Source of the DNA: an uncultured virus (IMG/VR IMGVR_UViG_3300028048_000127)
Taxonomy: Duplodnaviria; Heunggongvirae; Uroviricota; Caudoviricetes
Direction: 5' to 3' (one strand)
IMG/VR virus record: IMGVR_UViG_3300028048_000127
DNA: 64,000 nt
Under the pieces are notes generated by a model, which was not told the origin of the DNA, did not search any database, and was given only the letters and a program-made list of their open reading frames with translations. This document shows, piece after piece, positions 29,502 to 39,985 of this stretch. Made by a program: the position numbers and the translations under genes. Every line of letters begins with the position of its first letter. Positions within the stretch are counted from its first letter, which is position 1.

Positions 29502-31491
29502 TGGACAGCTCGAAGTAACCGGGCAAGTAACTATACCGGAAACTCCTGTAGCGGATACTGACGCAGCGTCTAAAAAATACGTTGACGATACGGCCGGTAG
29601 CATAGATTTAAGCGAATATGCGAAAAAAATCGGACCGTTACCACTCTACGAAGTTAAAAAAACGGATAATGTATATAGCTTTGCACGAGACCATGGATCA
29701 ATTCCTTTAATATTACACGTTGTCGCTGGTAATAATTACATAGGAACATTGGCTGTTAATGGACCGTCTTCAGTTGCTTTTGAACTTGAGGAGTTATCTG
29801 GCAAAAATAGATACTATAATCATGGAGATACTCCAGCAGGTCTTACATTTAATGATATTTTTGGTCCATATAGTTCATATAGAGAAAATTATGAAATTTC
29901 TAATAACAAAGTAACATCTCTTTCAGCTTCTTCCACCGATACACAGTATCCATCAGCAAAATTAGTTTACGATAAATTACAAACAAAAGAAAATGTTAGT
30001 AACAAAGTCACCGCATTAAGTGGTTCTTCTACTGATACACAATATCCTTCAGCAAAAGTAGTTTTTGATAATATTCAAAATATCAGAGAAGTAGCGGAAG
30101 GTAAATGTAATACATATGTGTTAAGCAATAGAATCACAAGGATTGCAAATGGAACAATTTATTATTTGAACGATTCCGATGTTGAAATACCTATGACACT
30201 ATCTGCTGGCACGACTTTTTATATTTACAATAATTCTACAAAAAAATGGGAAGATAAGCTTTCAAACTTGATTGCTGGAGATTACGATAATTTACCAATA
30301 GCAAATAGAGATTTTGATTCTAATGCAAATTCTATCGTTTGTTCTGGAACTTATGGTTATATAATAGACGGCTTGTATGTCGGAGGTGGCAGCAGCTTTC
30401 GTTTAGTTAGAACAATAACTGGTCCAGGAGGAAGCGTTAGTTCAAATCCTCTCCACAAGGGGGATATATTCCTTGTAGTTGAAACGGATGTTCCTGATAG
30501 ATGGTCTGTAGTTCCAAGTTATGGAACTTTAAGTAAGCTCGAGACCTCCAAGATCGATCTCACTCAATATTACACCAAGGACCAAATCGCAGCGTTATTC
30601 AGCAGTTATATTACTTCACCATACGATAATACATCTACCTACGCAGTAGGTAAATACGTTACGTATAATGGCGTATTATACCGCTGCGTTACGGCTATTG
30701 ACGTAGCGGAAGACTTTGATTCTAGTAAGTGGACTGCCGTAACGGTCGGTAGCGAACTAGAACGAATGGTAACGACCGATACGGAACAGACTATTCAAGT
30801 GTTTAAGACTTTTCTTAACGGAATAGGAATAGGAACTGATGCTCAATGTAAAATAGAAAGAGTGTTAAATAATCTTGTTATTACTTCTTATGGAAACCTT
30901 ATTTTGGCTGTTCAACCCAGCGGACACATATCTCCGTCAAGAAGCAGTATAGATTTAGGAAGAGATACATCGTTTAGAGATATTTATGTATCTAGGTATT
31001 TAACCGATAGAACAAACTCTGTCACTGTTGCAGAAATTGCAAATGGCATTTTCAATGTTATAAATGCAAGTGATATTGCAAGTGGTGGTGTTTTGACTGA
31101 CGAACAAATAGCAAAGATAATTAATGGAAAACCAACTAAAATATTTGGCACATATTTAGAAGTTTCAAATCCATTTATAATATCAGTTCAAGACGCAGGA
31201 ACATTTTATAGAGGTTGGTATGCTGGGGATAATAAATTATGTGTATTTACTTTAAACAAAACAAGTAAAGTTATTTCTAAACAAGCAGGTTATACGCAAA
31301 CTCAAAATCTTGAATGTATTTATTCTATTAACGGTAAAACTCTCCCAGCATATCCTAGTAATACAGGCACATTTGTCAATAAAATGATAAATGGCACTTG
31401 GTCTTGGGCGGAAGAAAAAGTTATGACACAAGCGGACTATGACGCACTCGCAACAAAAGACGCAAACACAACTTACTATATTGAGGAATAG
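29482..31491 (+). CDS. Tail fibre protein
   Basis: DAASKKYVD, two NKVT.LS.SSTDTQYPSAK.V repeats, CBM-like module, C-terminal TQADYDAL..KDANTTYYI. Confidence 0.75.
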   Translation: MAKKKIDGQLEVTGQVTIPETPVADTDAASKKYVDDTAGSIDLSEYAKKIGPLPLYEVKKTDNVYSFARDHGSIPLILHVVAGNNYIGTLAVNGPSSVAFELEELSGKNRYYNHGDTPAGLTFNDIFGPYSSYRENYEISNNKVTSLSASSTDTQYPSAKLVYDKLQTKENVSNKVTALSGSSTDTQYPSAKVVFDNIQNIREVAEGKCNTYVLSNRITRIANGTIYYLNDSDVEIPMTLSAGTTFYIYNNSTKKWEDKLSNLIAGDYDNLPIANRDFDSNANSIVCSGTYGYIIDGLYVGGGSSFRLVRTITGPGGSVSSNPLHKGDIFLVVETDVPDRWSVVPSYGTLSKLETSKIDLTQYYTKDQIAALFSSYITSPYDNTSTYAVGKYVTYNGVLYRCVTAIDVAEDFDSSKWTAVTVGSELERMVTTDTEQTIQVFKTFLNGIGIGTDAQCKIERVLNNLVITSYGNLILAVQPSGHISPSRSSIDLGRDTSFRDIYVSRYLTDRTNSVTVAEIANGIFNVINASDIASGGVLTDEQIAKIINGKPTKIFGTYLEVSNPFIISVQDAGTFYRGWYAGDNKLCVFTLNKTSKVISKQAGYTQTQNLECIYSINGKTLPAYPSNTGTFVNKMINGTWSWAEEKVMTQADYDALATKDANTTYYIEE

Positions 31492-31494
31492 GTT

Positions 31495-33309
31495 ATGGCG
31501 ATTTATAAAAGTAGATTACCAAATGCGTATCAAGAAGTTGAGTATATCGAGAGTAGTGGGACGCAGTATATTGATAGTAATGTTATCCCTGATAACTCAA
31601 CGGGTTTGAAAGTAAAGTTTAGTCAAACATCATCAAGCGATGATATTGTAGTTGGCTGTATTTCACAAACAAATGGTCGTTTTTGGATAAGTGTTTACAA
31701 TAATGCAAAACAATATATATCCTTTAATATAAATAGCAACCCATTTGATTGTAATTTGAATGAAATTTACAATACCGAAAATAACTTTTTAAATAGTAGA
31801 AAAGGCAAAATAAATGGCATTGATGTAGTCAATATAAACGAAACATTAAAGACAACGACCAATTCTATTTATGTTTTTGGTGCTAATTATTATCAACAAG
31901 GTTTTAATTTAGGTTGCTCTTGCAAAATATACAATTTAATGATTTCACAAGGCTCGAATGTTATTAGAAACTTCATACCTTGCTATCGTAAAAGCGACAA
32001 CGAAATCGGTTTATACGACCTTGTTAATAATGTTTTTTACACTAATCAAGGCACAGGCACATTCACAAAAGGCAAAGATGTTTTAATAAAAATTGCAAGT
32101 GTTTATCAAGGCACAACACGAATGACTAAAATATACAAAGGTGAACAATGTGTTTTTAACGATTTGCCAAAAGGTTATACGAAATGCGAATATATTGAAA
32201 GTAGCGGAACGGAATATATAAACAGCGAAATAAAAGGAAAAGATATAATAAGATACAAAATGTCTTTTGAATATGTTTCTAAAAGTTCAAGTTCAGCAAA
32301 TGTTTTAATTGGAAGTTCAAATCCTTACAATATGCCAATTATGTTATGGCAAGATAAACTTCAATATATTGTCGGAAACAGCGGTTCGTTCCATGAATAT
32401 TATTCAAATGCGGATATAAATATTAAGTACGATGTCAATTTTGAAATTAATTCTGGAAATATTAATGCTATAATTAATAATCAAACTTTTACATCAACAT
32501 ACGAAGGAACTGCAGAAAATAATTACAATATAACAATTTTTGCTTTTAGGATTGGAGGAGCTATTTTTAACTATTCTTCCGCAAAACTATACTCCTGTCA
32601 AATCTACGACAATTCCACATTAGTCCGTAATTTCATACCTTATTTAGATACAAACGGAACACCTTGCCTTTACGATACCGTTTCAAAACAACCATTTTAT
32701 AATCAAGGAAGCGGAACATTTAAGTATAAGGTAAAGTTGCCTAGCGGTTATCAACAAGTTGAGTATATTGAGAGTAGTGGGACGCAGTATATTAATAGTG
32801 GAATTTTATGTTCTAGTGATTTAATTATAAAAGTAAAGTTTATGAACACAAGCACAAACACGGTTAGTGATGTTTTTGGCAATTTTGTAAGTGAAAATGA
32901 TAGTTTTAGATTATTTTGCTATACAACTCAATTTTATTTAGATTATGGTAGTGGAAACGGAACTGCAAATAGACATTTTGAAAATAATTACCCAACAGTA
33001 AATGTTTTGCAAGAGTTAGAAATTGGAAATGGTTATGTAAAGAATTTAACATCTCAAACTAATATTATTACTTTCTCTACAACATCTTTTTCTAAAAATT
33101 ATAATTTGTTTATTACAAAATCTCTCGCTAATGCAACATCTAAAAATCGTATTTATTACTTCGAACTCTACGACAATGGCGCATTAGTCCGCAACTTCAT
33201 TCCTTGCTACCGAATTAGCGATAATGTAATTGGACTTTACGATATGATAAACAAAAAATTCTATACAAATGCAGGAACAGGAACGTTCCTCAAAGGAGCA
33301 GATGTATGA
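31495..33309 (+). CDS. Putative receptor-binding protein with three tandem ConA/LamG-like domains
   Basis: Three repeats from Y..VEYIESSGTQYI to RNFIP...GLYD....FY.N.G.GTF. Confidence 0.7.
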   Translation: MAIYKSRLPNAYQEVEYIESSGTQYIDSNVIPDNSTGLKVKFSQTSSSDDIVVGCISQTNGRFWISVYNNAKQYISFNINSNPFDCNLNEIYNTENNFLNSRKGKINGIDVVNINETLKTTTNSIYVFGANYYQQGFNLGCSCKIYNLMISQGSNVIRNFIPCYRKSDNEIGLYDLVNNVFYTNQGTGTFTKGKDVLIKIASVYQGTTRMTKIYKGEQCVFNDLPKGYTKCEYIESSGTEYINSEIKGKDIIRYKMSFEYVSKSSSSANVLIGSSNPYNMPIMLWQDKLQYIVGNSGSFHEYYSNADINIKYDVNFEINSGNINAIINNQTFTSTYEGTAENNYNITIFAFRIGGAIFNYSSAKLYSCQIYDNSTLVRNFIPYLDTNGTPCLYDTVSKQPFYNQGSGTFKYKVKLPSGYQQVEYIESSGTQYINSGILCSSDLIIKVKFMNTSTNTVSDVFGNFVSENDSFRLFCYTTQFYLDYGSGNGTANRHFENNYPTVNVLQELEIGNGYVKNLTSQTNIITFSTTSFSKNYNLFITKSLANATSKNRIYYFELYDNGALVRNFIPCYRISDNVIGLYDMINKKFYTNAGTGTFLKGADV

Positions 33310-33440
33310 TCAAACAAACAAGCCAGGGCTATCAGGTCCGTAGCGAATCGGGACGTAACTTATCGAAACCGAACTTAACGAAGGCTCAAGCCAAGAAACG
33401 CCTTGCCGAAATCCATTACTTCAAACGCAAAGGTAAGTAA
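33306..33440 (+). CDS. Small basic phage protein (44 aa, MIKQTSQGYQVRSESGRNL...KRLAEIHYFK)
   Basis: AAGGAG SD and ATGA overlap; not in the ORF track. Confidence 0.65.
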   Translation: MIKQTSQGYQVRSESGRNLSKPNLTKAQAKKRLAEIHYFKRKGK

Positions 33441-33732
33441 CGCATCGAAACGAGATGTTAAGCACAGACTTGACATCTTTTTTTATATATGATACTATAC
33501 CGTTGCAAGTTATGAAGAACAAATCATATGTAGAAGATCTCTGGAGCAGACTAGAGCATTACAAAAAGGAACGTAACAAAACGTTTTGTACTGTGAAGTA
33601 CATCGCCTTTCCGAGTCTTAACGTTCGCTACGTATTGCCACGCGACATTAAGATACCTAACGGACTGGATGAAACGGAGTACAATTATTATTTACTTTGC
33701 GAACTGCTCGGACTAAAAAAGGAGAAAATAAA

Positions 33733-34125
33733 ATGAAACGATACGTTAGAACAAGCGAAGGACAGATATTTGATACAGAGTATGAACCAAAAGCATTTAA
33801 GTATAATTGGCATGCAAAATTTATTATTGATGATAACAATTTAATTGTTTATGATACTGTTTTCAAAGACAGAATTGCTAATCATGGACAAATATTAAAA
33901 CAATCCGACACTATTGAAGAATTGTGTGATAAATACATTTTAATAAACCGAAAAGAAGAGCTCGAACCATATATTTGCGATACATATAGAGAAGCCGTAG
34001 AACTAAAAGGCGATGATGAAGATTTATTTGGTGCAATTTGGACCACAGGAGAACATAGCGAACCTATCTTAAAATCAGTAGCAAAATATAATAAAGGAAA
34101 ATTTACATTAGAATTATGGTTATAG
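33733..34125 (+). CDS. Hypothetical protein, paralog of 45518
   Basis: Shares Y.RT..G, ILKQ.DTIEELCD, GAIWT and VAK.N motifs. Confidence 0.8.
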   Translation: MKRYVRTSEGQIFDTEYEPKAFKYNWHAKFIIDDNNLIVYDTVFKDRIANHGQILKQSDTIEELCDKYILINRKEELEPYICDTYREAVELKGDDEDLFGAIWTTGEHSEPILKSVAKYNKGKFTLELWL

Positions 34126-34278
34126 AAGGAAGAGTAATAGCAGTTATTCTCATTTATATATCCACTTTTGTTGGTTATCTTTTAGGTAGGGAACTGCCTG
34201 ATAAAGAAAGAGAAGAACTAGAATTTAAAAGAAAATGTTTAGAAATATTCAAGAGATATTTAAACAAGGAGAACAAAG

Positions 34279-34695
34279 ATGAGTAAAGAATTAGAACTAT
34301 GGTATAGAATTGTCGAATACCTGGAATCAACATCACAAGACATAAGAGTAAAAGAAACTCAAGAATGCGATGGTTACATTGCACAATTTGAGGGTTATCC
34401 TATTTCTATCATTGAAACTGCACTTAAAGATTATGAAAATCTGCAATATATCTTTAAATTACTTAATGAATATAATAATAAAAATTATAGTTTAGAAGAT
34501 TTGATAAAAAAAGCAAAAGCATTAGAAGTTATTAAAGAGAAAGGGTTATCTTTGCTTCATAAAAGTTTAATCATAAGTTCAACGAGCTATGAAGAATATA
34601 GGCAAGAATTTCAATTAGTAAGATCAAGAGAATTTAAAAACGAATATTTTTATACCAAAGAAGAATTTGATTTATTAAAGGAGGTATTGTTATGA
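34279..34695 (+). CDS. 'MSKEL...EEFDLLKEVLL' paralog family member
   Basis: Shared termini with family members. Confidence 0.8.
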   Translation: MSKELELWYRIVEYLESTSQDIRVKETQECDGYIAQFEGYPISIIETALKDYENLQYIFKLLNEYNNKNYSLEDLIKKAKALEVIKEKGLSLLHKSLIISSTSYEEYRQEFQLVRSREFKNEYFYTKEEFDLLKEVLL

Positions 34696-35033
34696 GATTA
34701 ACAAGATACGAACCAAGCGATGAAAGTATGTTTCCTTACAGATTAAAAGATGAAGAATTATCAACTGAATTAGACAGTATTCATAAGCTCGGTCAATTAG
34801 AAGATTTTGAAGAAGAGTTAGGTATTGATTTGATTACTTTATTTAAGGCATTGAGGAATGGAGTTTATTATAAACTTAATTTAGGTCAAGCCGAAAAAGT
34901 AGATGATGTCTCATTAAATTGTTGTGTTTCAACTGGCTACTTTATACATTTTGAATATTTGAATTATGATATTTGTTTAGATACCAAAGACTACGGCAAA
35001 ACCTGGGCATTAACAAAGGAGGAATTAGAATGA
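34692..35033 (+). CDS. Hypothetical phage protein (KLGQLED.EE...DYGKTWALTKEE)
   Basis: ORF with SD and ATGA overlap. Confidence 0.75.
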   Translation: MRLTRYEPSDESMFPYRLKDEELSTELDSIHKLGQLEDFEEELGIDLITLFKALRNGVYYKLNLGQAEKVDDVSLNCCVSTGYFIHFEYLNYDICLDTKDYGKTWALTKEELE

Positions 35034-35241
35034 CAGTTTTTAGTAATATTAAAATTTATGAAGTTGATAATAGACAGGTAAAAAATAACGATGAATACGA
35101 TTGTTTAATTGCATCTCACAAAGATACAGATAAGGTAATGATTATTTTTGAAGACACCGGTACATCATTTAATTTTACTGTAGATGTTAAAGAATTAATC
35201 AAAGCAATTCAAAACGCTACTAATCATTAAGGAGACATAAA

Positions 35242-35568
35242 ATGACCAAGAAAGAAAAGGAACTGATCGATAAGTCAGTAAAATATGACGGTTCGCCAGT
35301 TGACGGACTATACATTATCTCAAGGCACAGATTATATCGTGGCTTTTGGGGAAAGAACGGTTACAATGCGATGATTATCTTAGCGTATAGTTACGCGACG
35401 GATAAGATATATCACTTCGATTTAGATTATGAGAAGGATGTAATCTGGTGTTTTGCAAAAATCGATTTTTCTATCGATGTTCCTGCAAACAATGATTGCA
35501 TTAGACTATGTTTTAGAGAATCGAGAGTTCTTGATACAGATCAATTATCAGCATTTACTATTTATTAA
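35242..35568 (+). CDS. Hypothetical protein
   Basis: AAGGAG SD. Confidence 0.7.
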   Translation: MTKKEKELIDKSVKYDGSPVDGLYIISRHRLYRGFWGKNGYNAMIILAYSYATDKIYHFDLDYEKDVIWCFAKIDFSIDVPANNDCIRLCFRESRVLDTDQLSAFTIY

Positions 35569-36238
35569 AGGAGAAGAAATATGACTAAGAAAATAACACC
35601 AGCAGACAGAGACACGAATTTATTCGATTTCCATCTAAAAATCAAAGGTGTCGGAAAATTATCGGTTACTTTTGATGCAAGAAGTAGAATCGAAAAGATG
35701 TTTCTAAAAATTGTTGATATTTTAGCTGATCAAGCCGAAGAGGCAATTAAGGAAATATAGACGACAATGAACGAAGAACAATTAAAAATATTATTAGAGG
35801 CCGCATCTAAGTTGGCGGAATTAAACACTTTAGTCACTATCCAGGTTATACTCAATCAATTACTCAAAAGAGAAATAAAAGTTAGTGAAGATAGTGTTAG
35901 AAAATTAGATGCTAGAGAAATTTTAGAGATTTTCTCAGCATCTTTAGATTCATATATTATAGGAGAAAAGAAAAAATGAACATTATTAGAAAATACGTCA
36001 TTGATCGTATCGAAGATTTAGAAGAAGCAAATAAAGAACTTTGTTTAAGAGCAAATAGTGCAGAGTTTGAATCTAAAGCGTTTGATTTATTTTGCAAATA
36101 TCTGAATCCAGAAATAGTGACGAATGGAGAAGATTTGGTTTTAAAAACACTTGTTGGTGGGGTCAAAATTAGCAGCAAAGACGCAATAGACATTAAAATA
36201 GCAATGGAAAAATGTAATTGGAGGAGATTATTTGAGAG

Positions 36239-36490
36239 ATGAATAATCTAAAACACTACCGAGCGTCCCGTAACGTTACGCAACTTGACTTAGCGCAACG
36301 CTGCGGAGTGTCGCGTACATCAATATTTAATGCCGAGAATGGTAAATTATCGCTTGATCTAGCTGAGAAATGTTCTAAGGCGTTAGGAGTCAATAGATAT
36401 GTTTTGTTAGGTCTCGATGCGGTTGTTGGTAAACCACATCAAGACGAACTAAAACTTATCGTGGAGGAACTAAATAAATATGATAAATGA
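36239..36490 (+). CDS. XRE-family HTH protein
   Basis: NLKHYR....TQ.DLA..CGVSR.SI..AENG. Confidence 0.85.
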   Translation: MNNLKHYRASRNVTQLDLAQRCGVSRTSIFNAENGKLSLDLAEKCSKALGVNRYVLLGLDAVVGKPHQDELKLIVEELNKYDK

Positions 36491-36625
36491 AGTAAAGGAA
36501 CTAATCGATAATCTCAACAATTTTTCTTGCGCTACGTTCTGGATCGAAACGGACAGTAAGAAAAAGAAACGATTCGATCGGGAAATAGCGAAAATTAAAA
36601 AGATGCTTATTAAGGAAGGGCTATT

Positions 36626-36973
36626 ATGAGTAAAGAATTAGAAGCGTTAAAAAGATTATATGAACATTTAGATGCTGAAGACCTAAGTGGGGATAACTAT
36701 TATATAAATGATAATGCTAGTAAAGATTTTGATATTATTGAAAACGCGCTTAAAAGATTAGATGAACTAGACACTTGGATAAATCAAAGCAATACAACTA
36801 AAATTAAGGCACTGAATAATAAACTCAAAGCGTTAGAGGTTATTAAAGAGAAAAAGGTTAATTTAGAATATATAAAGTGTTGTGAAAACTACGAGCAATA
36901 TAAAACCGTTTGTAGTTATTGGAATGAAATAACTCAAGAAGAATTTGATTTATTAAAGGAGACATTAGAATAA
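36626..36973 (+). CDS. 'MSKEL...TQEEFDLLKE' paralog family member
   Basis: Shared termini with family members. Confidence 0.8.
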   Translation: MSKELEALKRLYEHLDAEDLSGDNYYINDNASKDFDIIENALKRLDELDTWINQSNTTKIKALNNKLKALEVIKEKKVNLEYIKCCENYEQYKTVCSYWNEITQEEFDLLKETLE

Positions 36974-37253
36974 TGGGAGCAAGCGGAGCAGTTTATAAAA
37001 TGGGACCCGATTATCATTTATCATCAGAAGTAATAATAGAAAATGATAAATGGGGATTCTTGACAACTAAAAAATTTGATGAATTAGCAGACAAAGGAAG
37101 AATCGTTTCAACAAACGGTGATAGTTGCGAATTTGCTATGGTAGTCAATATGAAAGAATTAAACGCTATGTTTGAAGAATGCGGAGATTACCGAAGAGTA
37201 AAGGATGAATATAGTTTTTATCTCATCGTTTGGGATGTATAGGAGAATAAAAT

Positions 37254-37625
37254 ATGGCCGGATCAAAATTAAAAAAGCAAATTGAGTTTATGCAGTTTAC
37301 AATAGATGAACTCAAGAAAACAATCGAGACGCAAGAACTACAACGTTTGCGTACTATGCAAAAAGAGTATAACCAAGAAAAAGAAGCTCTTAAGAACGTG
37401 CGTATTAAATTAAAAGATATAAGAGAAGTATTGTGCGAGGACGGATATTCGCGTATAGAAGTGAAATATGAAGTTCCGACAATATACCTTAATCTAGATG
37501 GTGATGGCAAAGTGTTACGTAACGAAACGTTCCGCGCCATCAATATTCTGGACTTATTGCCACGTGAAGATACGTTACGCATCGCAAAGGTTCTTGACGA
37601 AACGGAAAGGAAATATAGCAAGTAA
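37254..37625 (+). CDS. Hypothetical protein
   Basis: AGGAG SD. Confidence 0.7.
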   Translation: MAGSKLKKQIEFMQFTIDELKKTIETQELQRLRTMQKEYNQEKEALKNVRIKLKDIREVLCEDGYSRIEVKYEVPTIYLNLDGDGKVLRNETFRAINILDLLPREDTLRIAKVLDETERKYSK

Positions 37626-37715
37626 AATATAAATAAGTTCAACAACAAACTTGACACAACTAATAAAAAGCATTACAATAGAGACACAAAGTTGAGGAAG
37701 AGAAAGGAACAGTCA

Positions 37716-37919
37716 ATGACATTCGGAGAAAGAATTAACGAATTAAGAAAAGAAAAAAACTATACTCTCAATCAACTTTCTATCTTAACAGGCTTAAACG
37801 TAATGACATTATCCAAAATCGAAAACGATCGCCATAGACCAAGCGTCTTAACGGTCGGCAAGTTAGCAAATGTGTTTGAAGTAGATTTTGATTCATTATG
37901 GAAACTAGCAAGAAAATAA
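37716..37919 (+). CDS. XRE-family HTH regulator heading the replication operon
   Basis: FGERINELRKEK.YTL.QLS...LSKIEND..RPS; promoter TTGACA/TACAAT upstream. Confidence 0.9.
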   Translation: MTFGERINELRKEKNYTLNQLSILTGLNVMTLSKIENDRHRPSVLTVGKLANVFEVDFDSLWKLARK

Positions 37920-37931
37920 GGAGAAAGATTA

Positions 37932-38750
37932 ATGGAACTAACAAATGAGAATTATCACTCTTCAGAAGCCTCTATGGCTTACTGCGGTGCGTCTCAATAC
38001 AAATCTTTCAAGAAATGTATGTCCCGAGCCTTAGCGAAAATCAAAGGTGAGTACGTAGAGGACCAAACCGAAGCGTTACTTATCGGTTCGTATATCGACG
38101 CTTATTTCTCTAACGAAATGGAAGAGTTCAAAACGAAAAATGGCGAACAGATGTTTACTAAGGGCGGACAGCTCCGTTCCGAATATAAAAAAGCGGACGA
38201 TATAATCAAATTCATTGAGGCTGACCCCGTAATGAAGAAATCGTTATCGGGCGAGCATCAAGTAATTATGACGGGAGAAATCGCGGGCGTTCCATTTAAA
38301 ATTAAAATAGACAGTTACTTTCCAGGAAAAGCCATTATCGATCAAAAAGTTATGAGAGATATGGAACCAATCTGGAACGAAGAGGAACATTGTTTAGAGA
38401 ACTTTGTTACTCACTGGGGATATGACATTCAGGGTGCTATTTATAGGGAGATTGTGAGACAAAATACAGGTCAAACACTTCCGTTCTTCTTATCGGTAGT
38501 AACGAAAGAAAAAGTGCCTTCAAAAGCCTTATTATCTATCGATGCAGAAGACTTAGACTTAGCGCTTGACGAAGTAAAACGTCTAGCTCCTATCTTCCAC
38601 AAATATAAACAAACCGGAAAGATAGACGAAGCGGACAAAGAAGTATTAGAAGCATATAATGTTAAAGAAAAATGCGGTAAATGCGATTATTGTAAAGAAA
38701 CGTATATGGTAAAAAATATCGTTTCTTACCACGAACTAGATCCGAAATAG
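37932..38750 (+). CDS. PD-(D/E)XK exonuclease (RecE/DUF3799-like)
   Basis: LT.ENY.S, FKIKIDSY, I.D.K, GYDIQGAIY, CGKCDYC. Confidence 0.8.
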   Translation: MELTNENYHSSEASMAYCGASQYKSFKKCMSRALAKIKGEYVEDQTEALLIGSYIDAYFSNEMEEFKTKNGEQMFTKGGQLRSEYKKADDIIKFIEADPVMKKSLSGEHQVIMTGEIAGVPFKIKIDSYFPGKAIIDQKVMRDMEPIWNEEEHCLENFVTHWGYDIQGAIYREIVRQNTGQTLPFFLSVVTKEKVPSKALLSIDAEDLDLALDEVKRLAPIFHKYKQTGKIDEADKEVLEAYNVKEKCGKCDYCKETYMVKNIVSYHELDPK

Positions 38751-38768
38751 AGAAAGGAGGAAGAAACT

Positions 38769-39281
38769 ATGGCGGAACATCTATCATACAAGAGCATCCT
38801 AAAAAAGGATTCTCCGTATCTTGGCGAATGGGATTTGCCAACTGAAGGCGAAGGAGATATTATCCTTACCATCAGAGACGTCAAAGAAGGCGTTATTGTA
38901 GGTGAAAACGGAAGACAATCAGTTAAGGCTATTATCTTCTTCGAAGAAGACGTTAAGCCTCTTGCCTGCAACAAAACGAACGGAGACGCAATATCGCGAG
39001 CTCTCAAGACACGCTACATGGATGAATGGGTCGGAAAGAAAATTCAACTATATCGTTCCAAGAACATTAAGTTCGGTAGCGAAACAGGGATTTGGGGTAT
39101 TCGTGTCCGTAACGAAGCGCCAAAAGCCGTTGGAGCCGAGTATCATTGTGCCGTTTGCGGAAAAACGATTTCCAAAGAAACGCACGATACTACTGTGGCA
39201 AAATTCGGCAAACCGTTATGTGGATCTAAATGCCTAAAAACAATGCAAGAAGGCGTAAGTTTAGATTCAGTATTGAAGTAA
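38769..39281 (+). CDS. Recombination-associated protein (NKTN motif) with C-terminal Zn ribbon
   Basis: NKTN...I....W.GKKI.L; CAVC...C...C; lies between exonuclease and SSB. Confidence 0.55.
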   Translation: MAEHLSYKSILKKDSPYLGEWDLPTEGEGDIILTIRDVKEGVIVGENGRQSVKAIIFFEEDVKPLACNKTNGDAISRALKTRYMDEWVGKKIQLYRSKNIKFGSETGIWGIRVRNEAPKAVGAEYHCAVCGKTISKETHDTTVAKFGKPLCGSKCLKTMQEGVSLDSVLK

Positions 39282-39322
39282 AAGTGTTTATAATTTAAAA
39301 TACAGAAAGGAAAAAAATAAAC

Positions 39323-39820
39323 ATGGAAAATTCAGAGAGAAAAGTTTTCTCAGCAACTATCGATGAAGTCATCGATGAAAATGATTATGAAGTTGTTTTA
39401 GAAACAGCAACTCCATCAGTCACCCAATCAGGAAAGGAATGTTTAGTCTTAGATTTCGTTATTCGTGAAGACGTTGACCAAGCATTTAAGAAATGGCACG
39501 TTCGCGAATACTTATTCAGAGATGTAGACGATCCAAGATGGTATGATTCCCGCAAATTACACAGAATCATCCTTACTCAACCAAATCCAAAACTCGAATT
39601 TATGAGTTGTGATGAATGTGTCCAATATATCAATGGACTAAAAATGAAAATCGGTATCGGTATCAGAGAATACACTGATGCAAGCGGTAATCTCAAAAAG
39701 ACTAACGAAGTAAAACGTTATTCTTATGCTAAATCCGAAGCTAAACCAATCGTTAAATCGGCTGATGTCCCAACTGTTGATTTACCAGATGGCATCGATG
39801 ATGCAGACGTCCCGTTTTAA
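39323..39820 (+). CDS. Single-stranded DNA-binding protein (DUF669-like)
   Basis: Acidic C-terminal DDADVPF tail; OB-like pattern. Confidence 0.75.
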   Translation: MENSERKVFSATIDEVIDENDYEVVLETATPSVTQSGKECLVLDFVIREDVDQAFKKWHVREYLFRDVDDPRWYDSRKLHRIILTQPNPKLEFMSCDECVQYINGLKMKIGIGIREYTDASGNLKKTNEVKRYSYAKSEAKPIVKSADVPTVDLPDGIDDADVPF

Positions 39821-39824
39821 ATAA

Positions 39825-39951
39825 TAAGCCTCGCGCATCGGCTTAATAGATGCGCTCTAATATGGGTCTTTGATGCAGAGCATTTTCTTCCTCAATTCAA
39901 ATATATCATACAAAATCTGCAATCATGCTCGGTGAAAATCCGAAAAGACCC
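39825..39951 (+). ncRNA. Structured intergenic RNA: H-type pseudoknot plus tRNA-like domain
   Basis: TAAGCC/GGCTTA crossed with GCGCATC/GATGCGC; GGGTCTTT/AAAGACCC stem stacked on a TCGG-TGAAAAT-CCGA T-arm. Confidence 0.6.
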
Positions 39952-39985
39952 TCTTAAAAAAGGAAGAAATAGAAGGGTATAAAAG

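Noticed and set aside
26974..33309. Diversity-generating retroelement target (Asn-rich fibre ends)
   Set aside because: No reverse transcriptase and no near-identical TR/VR pair differing only at adenines was seen
36239..37919. Lysogeny switch (cI/cro)
   Set aside because: The HTH genes are co-directional, lack a peptidase domain, and no integrase is present in the window
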